Shown here: in pieces, positions 13,165-21,869 of the stretch
How positions within the stretch are numbered: the first letter of the stretch is position 1
Layout of the letters: every line of letters begins with the position of its first letter
Position numbers and translations under genes: made by a program
Notes under the pieces: model-generated
What the model was told of the DNA's origin: nothing
Databases searched by the model: none
The model's input: the letters and a program-made list of their open reading frames with translations, nothing else
Assembly: GCA_010093605.1 (NCBI GenBank)
Contig: MU004195.1
Coordinates: forward strand, 806,001-870,000
Source of the DNA: Lophium mytilinum
Lineage: Eukaryota
Reading direction: 5' to 3'
Length of the DNA stretch: 64,000 nucleotides

Positions 13165-14002
13165 CTCTACGGCGCCGAAATGAGAGATCGGAATGAGGCA
13201 CCGTGCGCACCCCACGACATGAACAACCCCTTAAAATGGGCACCAATTTGGTAGTAAACCTTCCACAAAATAAATAGAGGTAAAGACCAGGGCTGCTATC
13301 CAACCAACCAACCAATCCGAGTCCTTCAGATTGGTTGAATTGGCGTATTAGTCAGCGAGGGGTTATATCAGTTAGTTGGTTGGCCCAATATTAGCCAATC
13401 ACCAATCAATTGGCTAATTAGTATGGTCAATGCATAGTGGTGATGCTTAGCGTAGTATTAAGTTTAAGTGTTAATTTATCTACCCGTTTCTAGCAGCCTT
13501 AGTCCTTACTTAAATTAACATGTTATTATTTATTTAATAGGAAGGCTACACCTTATAGGAAGGCTGCAGGATTATAGCATAACTGTATAATTATAGTAAG
13601 ACTGTAAGATTATAGCAAGACTATAGTATTAAGGTTGTAGGCGGCCCGGGCGCTAAGGCGGTGTAAGGTCATGTGGTGGGCGCTAAGGCGATTTAGGGTC
13701 ACGTGGTGACGCATTGGCGTATTAGCTAATACTCCAACTAATCGGAGCCCTCTATATTGGTTGGTTGGCCTATTTTCTAGAGAGAGATTGGTTGGATTGG
13801 TTGCTTATTAATCAACCAATATTGGCCAATCGCCAATTTAGTTGGTTGGATAGCAGCCCTGGTAAAGACCCTTAGCTTACCTAGCATTATTAGGCTTCAA
13901 AATATAATTTAATAAAGATTTGGGTGAGTTCTGTTCATTTAGGTGGGGTGCGTTTGGTGTGCACGATGCCTCATTCCGATCGCTCATTTCGGCGCCGAAG
14001 AG
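13165..14002. repeat. Outer imperfect inverted repeat (about 45-65 bp arms), possibly an older TIR/foldback element
   Basis: 13171-13210 GGCGCCGAAATGAGAGATCGGAATGAGGCACCGTGCGCAC is the reverse complement of about 13957-13996 with 3 mismatches. The structure is flanked by direct CTCTTC at 13159-13164 and 14003-14008. Confidence 0.7.
13288..13861. mobile_element. Non-autonomous hAT-superfamily DNA transposon (MITE-like, 574 bp)
   Basis: Perfect 21-bp TIRs CAGGGCTGCTATCCAACCAAC (13288-13308 and 13841-13861), an 8-bp target-site duplication GTAAAGAC (13280-13287 and 13862-13869), subterminal CCAA/TTGG repeats and no transposase ORF. Confidence 0.92.
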
Positions 14003-14889
14003 CTCTTCTTTCCCTTGGCTTCTCCATATCTCGGCAAATGGCTCCAGGCTCCATCTCGAATCCTTTTCTCTCTACCCACCATCCTAGCCATGCACTCCAC
14101 AGGGATGCATATTATCGCAAGAAGAAGGGTTTCTAGCGTCCCAATAACCCATAAAGTCCGGACTAGGCCAACTTTCCAGGCGATAAGTGGTTTGCTCCTA
14201 CCATCCCTGTAGAAGGCTTTGTCGAAGAGGCAAACTAAGTAAAGATCCAAAGCCATGATAAGGATAACCAAAAGGCCGACACCTATGCTGGAGAAGCGTG
14301 GGTGACTGCGGCGGCCACCGAAAAGCTTGTTCCATACCTTACGAAGAACATAGACGGGAGCCACGGTGAGCATCGACAATGTGGCTAGCAGAAAGGCAAC
14401 GGCGATAGCGTAGTAAGTCAAACCAGCTAAGGCGTCTGTTTGAGAAGGCGCCTTGGGTTCCAAGCCAGTTTTGTACGCTATCCACCAGCTCAAACTCTTT
14501 CGGTCGACTAATCCGCGCCAGTCTTGAGGACTAGCCGTTTTCCCATCGAACCACCTGAGGGAGGGATATTGTGTGATATTGAGCTGCCGGGCAAGTGCTG
14601 GTTGTTTGGATGCATTGATCTTAGCGATGGTCAGTTTGTCCGATGCGTAGGCGAAGTTAGACGCAATCTGTTCGAAGTAGGGGTCGATTTCGTGGCACCA
14701 ATGGCACGAGGGATACGAAGCAGTGAAAAAGACCAAGGTTGGCTTGTGGGACAGAATAACGTCGAAGTTACTGGAACTGAGGTCGATGACGGAGGTAGGC
14801 TTGGGGATGGCGAAGAAGAAGAAGATCGCAAGTGCCGGAAAAAGTAGGAATTTGAAAGCCATCCGGGGCTTAGATTTAGTGTACTTCAT
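13984..14889 (-). CDS. Thioredoxin-fold (PDI/TigA-like) protein with signal peptide and about 3 C-terminal TM helices
   Basis: Hydrophobic N-terminus; VIDLSSSNFD..KPTLVFFTASYPSCHWC..DKLTIAKINA..QYPSLRWFDGK resembles the first domain of TigA/ERp38; hydrophobic tail; no introns. Confidence 0.8.
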   Translation of the reverse strand: MKYTKSKPRMAFKFLLFPALAIFFFFAIPKPTSVIDLSSSNFDVILSHKPTLVFFTASYPSCHWCHEIDPYFEQIASNFAYASDKLTIAKINASKQPALARQLNITQYPSLRWFDGKTASPQDWRGLVDRKSLSWWIAYKTGLEPKAPSQTDALAGLTYYAIAVAFLLATLSMLTVAPVYVLRKVWNKLFGGRRSHPRFSSIGVGLLVILIMALDLYLVCLFDKAFYRDGRSKPLIAWKVGLVRTLWVIGTLETLLLAIICIPVECMARMVGREKRIRDGAWSHLPRYGEAKGKKSSSAPK

Positions 14890-15507
14890 GTTGGTTCGGG
14901 TCCTCGTGATGTATTAGGGGGGTGTATGGTTCTTTGAGGTTGGCTACTGGTCGTGCCTTTGGTGAATATATAGCAACTGTGAAAAAGTAAATTTTGAGAC
15001 GATTAGAGGTGGGCAGGGCATGCTATGGTTATAGGAAGTATGCCGAGTGTACGCTCCAAGGTTGGTTTGCACAATCAGGGCTAAGATGATTCAGCCGGGG
15101 TACATCCATACTTTGATAGCTGCGAGACCTAGGCATGCCTTTTGCCTTATTTTCAACACTTCCGTCGATAAGCGAGCTTCGTTACCTCCATCAAACCATA
15201 TCTGTATCACCCCGACTTCATGGGTACTTCACTAATAGACCCCCGCAGCTTGTGGGCACCGAATCTGGGATTGAGTGCGTGGTAACTATTTCTGGAAATA
15301 CGTCCCATGGCTATTCTCGTGCTGAACCATGGAAACTCGTCATCTAGAAGGATCGCGATATGAGGTCACTGCCCCAGAGAAGTTACAAGGAGTGATCCTA
15401 GAGGGGTATCTAACCTTCGTCAGCTCTCTTCCCATAGCTAACTTCACAATATTCATCACTCACACCCGCATGCCACAAACAAGCCATTATTTCCAATCAC
15501 GAGCAAG

Positions 15508-16032
15508 ATGGCGTCTGCCCTCCCCCTTTCTAATGTAACGCCGCCCGGAACGGGGCCGCCTCCCTATGAATTGCTATCGAAGCGACAGCAACTTCGCCGC
15601 CACCTTCAAATTCGCTCTCCACAGCCACCGCCTTCCTTCCTCTCGTCCACCTTCCAACCCGCCATCCGCCCCGTAACCATATTCGCCATCTTCCTCTCCA
15701 CTACCGTAACTTTACTTGCCACTGTATATCTTGCCGTATTCCTGTTATCCTACGAGCTCATGACAATCGGCTCCGAGGAGGTGCAAATTCCACCCATCGC
15801 AGCCACTTGCGTCCTCTTTCCCTTCATCACGATGGTGCATTTCGCTTGCACGAATTCCTACGCGAGCAAGCGTCCTAGGGCTAATCCAGACGATGCTACA
15901 ACCGGGAAAGGCTGGCTTATTGGGAGTTTACAGAGTTTGATTGTGATTTCAGGGGTGCTGGCTGGGATTTATGCGTTCATCTGGATCATCGTGGGGATTC
16001 TGATTGCTGCTGGGGTTACGGACTTGCATTGA
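15508..16032 (+). CDS. Hypothetical small membrane protein (about 3 TM)
   Basis: 174-aa ATG-initiated ORF in good context (caagATGG) with a PPPY motif and three hydrophobic segments. Confidence 0.6.
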   Translation: MASALPLSNVTPPGTGPPPYELLSKRQQLRRHLQIRSPQPPPSFLSSTFQPAIRPVTIFAIFLSTTVTLLATVYLAVFLLSYELMTIGSEEVQIPPIAATCVLFPFITMVHFACTNSYASKRPRANPDDATTGKGWLIGSLQSLIVISGVLAGIYAFIWIIVGILIAAGVTDLH

Positions 16033-16247
16033 GGGCGCGATGAGGGGTTAGATGAAGGCGGGTCAGGTGAAGGTACTATAATCAGGAAAGGAAAGGGGGT
16101 TAAGAAGGAACAATCGAGACGTTGTTTATTTTCCAAAAGATTCTCCCTCTGACAGGCACATAGACCTTTGCGAAACGCCCTTGAAGCGCCGCATCTCAAG
16201 AATAGAAAGGATGCCTTAATAACGCCTTCATCTAGGATAACCAAGCG

Positions 16248-16703
16248 TCATGGTGGTGGAGAATGGTCCTCGATCTTGGAAAATGTACTGTCAAGATATG
16301 TAGCAAAGAACAGCGGTGCGATGTCGTATTGGGTACTGAGGTGGATGAGTGTGAGCCGGTCGATGTTCTCTACCAGAATCAAACGACCCTGACAGTCCGG
16401 AGAGATGGTCGTCACTTCTCTTAATTTCGACTCCCTTAGCGACTCTTCCGGTACTGCGCTCGATGCTTTTTCAAAACCCTGGGCTCCCAAATTTTGAGCT
16501 GCTTTTGCGTGGGTCTCTCCGTCTTTAGGACTTATCTGCCAAGATTGAGGACTCTGGGCCTCGTCCTGCGAATAGTCGATGCAAAAAATAATGGCTGGAT
16601 GGACTTGTCTTTCGTTCGCATCGGCTAGAAAGTCTGCTAGTCGATGAAGGCAAGGGTTGCGGTCCTTTTGATCATTCACGTAGTCTACATAGCTGTAGGC
16701 CAT
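16248..16703 (-). pseudogene. Truncated N-terminal fragment resembling fungal CorA-like membrane proteins
   Basis: MAYSYVDYV..NPCLHRLADFL..RLILVENID..LSTQYDIAPLFFATYL resembles the N-terminal region of fungal CorA-like proteins (from memory). The ORF stops after PPP with no recognisable continuation before the converging gene. Confidence 0.4.
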
Positions 16704-17496
16704 GATGATGTCTTCGAGGCCTCTTCTAAGCACTCATCCATGAGCTGTCAGTGAGCTGATAAGATCTAGAAATTATCAGCCCTCATCCATCTCATCATTC
16801 ATCAACACCATTGCAGAAGCCACTTAGTTACCTCACGAGATATTCGCTACCATGCCGTTGCATATCGCAAGTAGATTAAGCTAAAATCTGGACTCATACT
16901 GTCGAGTAAATGCAGATTCGTTAATGTCATGTGGAATCCGGGGCGTTTGTCCTGTTGGCAGCGAAAGGCTTATGGTGGCACGAGTATGAGGCAATGATTG
17001 CCTCCTCACGAGCGCCTTGTAATCTAGGCAACAGTTGTACTCTGCTGCAAGACAACTCACGAGGCAGACTTGGGTTACCTTTGTAGGCCCCTATCATTGG
17101 CAGATATGCTGACATGCATGGCCTTTGACTAGGCTCAACCAGATTCATGGGTTTAAATACGGGCGCTAAGTGCACCCTTCGAGAGCTAGGCGCATAGGTC
17201 CACGCTGGCCTTACTAGCGCAGACATTCAGCTCCCGGCATCCGATAACCTCTTCCCATCGTAACTGAGTTCCTCTTCATTATACACTGATAGTCGACCTT
17301 GCAATACAGACCCAGGATCTCTTCTTTGCTCAAGTATTACTGCGAAGCGAGGATAAATAAACTTCCTCTGAAATCGAGCGTCAGTCCATTTCTTCTAGCC
17401 TGGTTCTGTCTCTCTGAAACTTTACTATAACTGAGGTATATCTTCAAAGGGACGGGTATATTGGAATCCTCACTCTAAGCTTCCAAGTTTGCCCCA

Positions 17497-19590
17497 TTGC
17501 TACCCAATAGTTCGAGAAATGGCCGGGCAATCGACACATTTGTGAAAACTTGGCTGCGGCATTACCACTTCTGGGACACTCTCGTAGAGTCAGTTTCGGA
17601 AATTTGCAAAATAGAAATCAAGGAAAAGCTGAAGTTGAAATGTCACATCCAATATCGCGCGAAATCTCGAGATTCAGTGAAAGGGAGCATCGAACGGAGA
17701 CAAAGAGCACGAGGACAAGACTATACCACGCAGGAGGAGATTAATGAAGATATGATCGATTTGGCGGGAGTTCGTATCACGCTCACCTTCCCCAAAGACG
17801 TAGATGAAGTAAAAAGAGTTTTGATGAGTATATTCGGAGACGTAAGACAACGTTTCTGGGGTCTAAACGAATCTGGTCAAGCCGTTGAGTGCGGCGAAGA
17901 GAAAGGTCGATTTATCGGATATCGGGCGACCCATTTTCTGGTCAAATGGAAAGAACCACCGAGTGAATACCGACTGAAAACGAATGAGGATCATCTCGGC
18001 AGCACTGTTGAGATTCAAGTCACTTCCATCATCATGAGCGCCTGGCAAGAAGCGCAACATGACCTGGTGTACAAACAGCTGAATGGAGCTCCATCAGAAG
18101 ATGAGAGGCAACTCCTTGACATGATCAACGGGCTTGCACATGCTGGGGAGGTGGCACTCACTCAACTTCAGAACTGTCTCAAGAGAAGACTTGAAGATGG
18201 GTCTAGAGCTTTTGCGGACGAATATGAGGTGCGCACATGGCTCAAAGACCAAGTTCCGGACCTGCTAAAGTTCAAATGGCAAAACAAGGGGGTTTACATG
18301 CAACGATTGACCACCCTTTTTGAGGTGCTTCAGATATTCGACTTGAAGACTCCGGAAAATCTCCGCGAGGCTCTGAAAACTCCTTTCGAAACCGACAAGG
18401 CTCCCAACGAATTGTCAGCCATGTTTCAAGAAAAGTTGGCGACGGAATCAGACGCAGAGGAATGGGAGCACACTTTTCGAAACGATCCAACCGACTGGGC
18501 GACTCTTAGAATTTGCACCTACCGTTTCCAGGAATCCCTACAGAAGGACTCCAAAGGCCCAAAAAGTCCACCACCTATTCCAGCAAAGAAGTCGTCTATC
18601 TTCAGAAGAGATGCGCTAAGCAAAGACCAGCCTTCTTCCATCTATGACGCACAACCACTGGATGCTGGACGCTACCGATATCACTATGAAACCAACTTGG
18701 GCTTCATCTACGAGGGATGGTCGATGTCAAAACGGAAGCAAACGCGTCTTAAAGCATTCTTCATCGTCAACACCATCAATTTCGCCTTATCAGAGCCCCA
18801 AAGGGTGGTTTACTTCCAAGGACTCGTCGCTGAAACTCTTACTTGCGATCGTGCACCGGACTCCATGATCCGCTCTCTGGCAGCGGTACTGACGAGTAAA
18901 CCTGACGGCAACATGAAAGAAGAGGATATCAGTAATACGAACAGGATCTGGGACGGCCTCTTGTGGACAACAGTCAAATTTCGGTCCATGGTTTTGCGAG
19001 TAGGGCTGGCGCTTTCAGTTTCCGGTGTTGTCATCATGCCTGCATTAGCCTATCCGGAATTTATCGACGTGAACGCACGTCGCCCGACAATTTGGCCAGG
19101 ATCTTTGCCGTACGGGCTTCGAAACTTATGGGGAGATGGCGATAAATCAAGTACCAGGACCACCATTACTATCATGCCCAAGGAAGAACAGTTGGTAATC
19201 GGCGAGTTCTCATGGAGGAGAGAGCGAATATCTTTGGAGAAAATTGCGACAGGCGAGGGCTGGTATCCGGCAGGCGTTCCATTAGGTCTTTCATCTTCTC
19301 CGCCACCTGACTGGGGAATGGAAGTCCCTCCGTTCACACCTCACAAGCCTATTGTGGAGTCCGACGACGAAGACCCTGAACTCTATTCAACACCCGCCGG
19401 GCCCCGCCAAGATGGTGATTATCATGGATCCGATCATCGCAGCGGGCGCAACGGCATGCACCTAACAGACATCAATACATCGTCTCCACTACATTTTCCA
19501 CAACAACCAACCCCAATGAAGATGCAATCATACACGGGTAGTACTTTCCGAGAGTACCAAAAACCCGAGGATAGGAGCCGCCCGACATAG
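17497..19590 (+). CDS. RelA/SpoT (RSH synthetase / nucleotidyltransferase) domain protein with unrecognised C-terminal region; start codon uncertain
   Basis: Motifs in the correct order: YRAKSRDS, DLAGVRI, GYRATH, VEIQVTS, AWQEAQHDLVYK. The ORF has no in-frame ATG before the domain; the ATG at 17519 is one base out of frame. Confidence 0.88.
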   Translation: MLPNSSRNGRAIDTFVKTWLRHYHFWDTLVESVSEICKIEIKEKLKLKCHIQYRAKSRDSVKGSIERRQRARGQDYTTQEEINEDMIDLAGVRITLTFPKDVDEVKRVLMSIFGDVRQRFWGLNESGQAVECGEEKGRFIGYRATHFLVKWKEPPSEYRLKTNEDHLGSTVEIQVTSIIMSAWQEAQHDLVYKQLNGAPSEDERQLLDMINGLAHAGEVALTQLQNCLKRRLEDGSRAFADEYEVRTWLKDQVPDLLKFKWQNKGVYMQRLTTLFEVLQIFDLKTPENLREALKTPFETDKAPNELSAMFQEKLATESDAEEWEHTFRNDPTDWATLRICTYRFQESLQKDSKGPKSPPPIPAKKSSIFRRDALSKDQPSSIYDAQPLDAGRYRYHYETNLGFIYEGWSMSKRKQTRLKAFFIVNTINFALSEPQRVVYFQGLVAETLTCDRAPDSMIRSLAAVLTSKPDGNMKEEDISNTNRIWDGLLWTTVKFRSMVLRVGLALSVSGVVIMPALAYPEFIDVNARRPTIWPGSLPYGLRNLWGDGDKSSTRTTITIMPKEEQLVIGEFSWRRERISLEKIATGEGWYPAGVPLGLSSSPPPDWGMEVPPFTPHKPIVESDDEDPELYSTPAGPRQDGDYHGSDHRSGRNGMHLTDINTSSPLHFPQQPTPMKMQSYTGSTFREYQKPEDRSRPT

Positions 19591-19844
19591 AATAGCAAAC
19601 ATGCCTACACCACAACCAGTAGTGATAGGTTTCCTTATTCTAACATCTTTCTATTGGCAACGAAGTTCGAATTTGCCCCCCTCTCCTGCCGTAAATTCCC
19701 AGAAGACATAGGGTTGCAAAGTAACCGACTCCATCACATTCCTCTCTACTCTTCGTTGTCACTCAAGTCTACGGACCAGACAGCTCGATAAATCGCGTCG
19801 ATGTTTGGAGAAAACGTTGGACTAAACTCCTATATCCTTACTCT

Positions 19845-20330
19845 CTACCCATCCATCAAACTCCCCCTCTCGTTCTTCTCGACCTCGCTGGCCAGTCCTC
19901 CCACCCGCGCCGCCGGCCGAACGCTATCCGCCTGCACCCACAGAACCAAAGCCTCCCCCACCAGTCTTATACTCAGGAACACGGTTACCACAGTCCCGAC
20001 CACCAGCCCGCTCTTCACGCTCCCGCCAACCATCCCGCCCTGCGCCGGCGCCATGAAGGCGGTCGTGTAAAGGTGGGCGAGGAAGAGCACGCCGAGGGGA
20101 GCACCGGCGAGACCGCTGTCGTCGGAGCTGGCGCTACTGTTTGGAGGGTTGGGTGGGGGAGGGGTAGGAGCCGCGGGAGTGGGAGTGGGATTGGGTAAGA
20201 TGAAGCCGCTTTTGCAAAGGAGGAGAGTAGGTATCGCGAGAAGGGCGAGAGTGAGGGAGAAGACGAGGATGGCGGCGGTGGCGTGCAGGCCTTGGGTGAT
20301 GCTGCTGGTGAGGAGGGTGAGGAAGGCCAT
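19845..20330 (-). CDS. Hypothetical small membrane protein (about 3 TM, Pro-rich linker)
   Basis: 161-aa ATG ORF with hydrophobic segments; similar to the gene at 29695-30131. Confidence 0.55.
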   Translation of the reverse strand: MAFLTLLTSSITQGLHATAAILVFSLTLALLAIPTLLLCKSGFILPNPTPTPAAPTPPPPNPPNSSASSDDSGLAGAPLGVLFLAHLYTTAFMAPAQGGMVGGSVKSGLVVGTVVTVFLSIRLVGEALVLWVQADSVRPAARVGGLASEVEKNERGSLMDG

Positions 20331-21286
20331 GATTGGAGCGGAGGACGAGGAAAGTGTGAGAGGGGCTTCAGTGGACGGGTTTTCGCGGGAATGGTTTCTT
20401 TTTTGCGGGAAGAGCTATGGAAAGAAGAGGTTCGAAAGCCAAATTGGAGTGTCTTTCCAAGTGATGGATAGACTGGCGGTAAAATGACGGGGTGCCTCAG
20501 CGGAACATTGGTTTTTCGAAATGTAAGATGTAGAGGCTGGGAAGGGCGTTTCGTGGATCTAAGTATTATAGGAGCCTACGACGTTGGACAAGGGCTCAGC
20601 CACGAGGGCGATGTTGGTGAGGCATTTCGGTGGCGACGAGGCAGACTCCACTGATCGACATGAAACAACTAAGAAACTTCAAAGTTATGGTGACAAGCGG
20701 AGCACGAATTAAGAAGCCCCTTCCATGTTATAGTCGACTACCCTACCTACTTCTTTAATTGACGCACATGTAGTGTTCTAGTTCTTGAGTGTGCTGATGC
20801 CTTGTTGCCTCAACGAAGATGGGAGGTTGGCAGGTGGCAGGTGAGGTATGAGGTGTGACAAGGCTGAATAAGCGCTAATCTCAATATAGACTACACGTGA
20901 TATGGATTAAGAAATCAGCAAGGCTGTACACGGCGATCACAACTGCAACTCCAATCCCGTATACTTATGGAGGTATTGATACTAAGCGAAATAGTTGAGC
21001 GCTTAGAAGTTAAAATGGTTGCGTACTGCTTAAGAAGTCTTGTCGGGTTTTCATGCTGCGTGGCTTAGAAGGACATTAGCTTTACCCAACCCACCACCCC
21101 ATCTCTCGCACTCGTACTTCCAAAGCCTCCACTCCACGCCCCAAAACAACACCCTCACAAGCCTATCCAACATAAAGGCTACGATCTCCGTTCAACATCG
21201 CAAACGACACACGTCTAACCTCCTCGCCGTGCCCGCGCCGTCTCAAAGTCCCCCCCCCCCAGGCTCCCGGCCCCTTCAACCCAACC

Positions 21287-21610
21287 TCAACACCCCCATA
21301 CTGCCCTAAGCCCCCGCAAACATTCCCCCAAACACACCCGCACCGACCACCATAACCGGGAATGTTGGGTCTCCAAGTCTGCGGTAGCGGGAGCAGGAAT
21401 AGCGGTACCAGTAGGTTGGGACGGGGTGCTCGAGAAAGTCGAAGGCGCGGTGGGTGAAGGGGTCTCTGTTTTAGTGGTGGAAGCGGGAGTAGGAATAGTG
21501 GTGGGTTGGGTTCGAGACTTCGAGACGGAGGAGCGCGTGGTGGATGAAGTGGGTTGGAAGGGGAGTTGTTGCATGAGGGAGAAGAGCGCGACGGATGTGG
21601 ACATGGCCAT
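21287..21610 (-). CDS. Hypothetical Ser/Thr/Pro-rich protein, 3' end possibly frameshifted
   Basis: S/T/P-rich ORF. A TM-like segment (PVMVVGAGVFGGMFAG) lies in an adjacent frame within G-rich runs. Confidence 0.35.
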   Translation of the reverse strand: MAMSTSVALFSLMQQLPFQPTSSTTRSSVSKSRTQPTTIPTPASTTKTETPSPTAPSTFSSTPSQPTGTAIPAPATADLETQHSRLWWSVRVCLGECLRGLRAVWGC

Positions 21611-21869
21611 ATTTTCGTTGTTGTGAAGAAGGTGGTGTTGGGTTGGTGTGTGATGGTTGTTCGTGGAGGATGTGTTGGGGGGATGTTGGAGGGGGTTGAG
21701 GTTTAACGTGTAAGGTTATTTTGGAGTGTGTTGGAACTGTGGCCACTGCATCGTCTTAACCATATTCCGCGATACCTGCCCAAAAAACCTTGTTACTCGT
21801 TTCTCTAAGAAACAGGATGTTAATCAGGGTGCCTAGACACGTATTGCCTAAGGAAAACCAAGACGGTAA

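Noticed and set aside
19320..19590. Amyloid signalling motif at the RelA/SpoT C-terminus
   Set aside because: The tail is low-complexity but shows no recognisable HET-s, sigma or PP-type repeat, and no NLR gene is adjacent.
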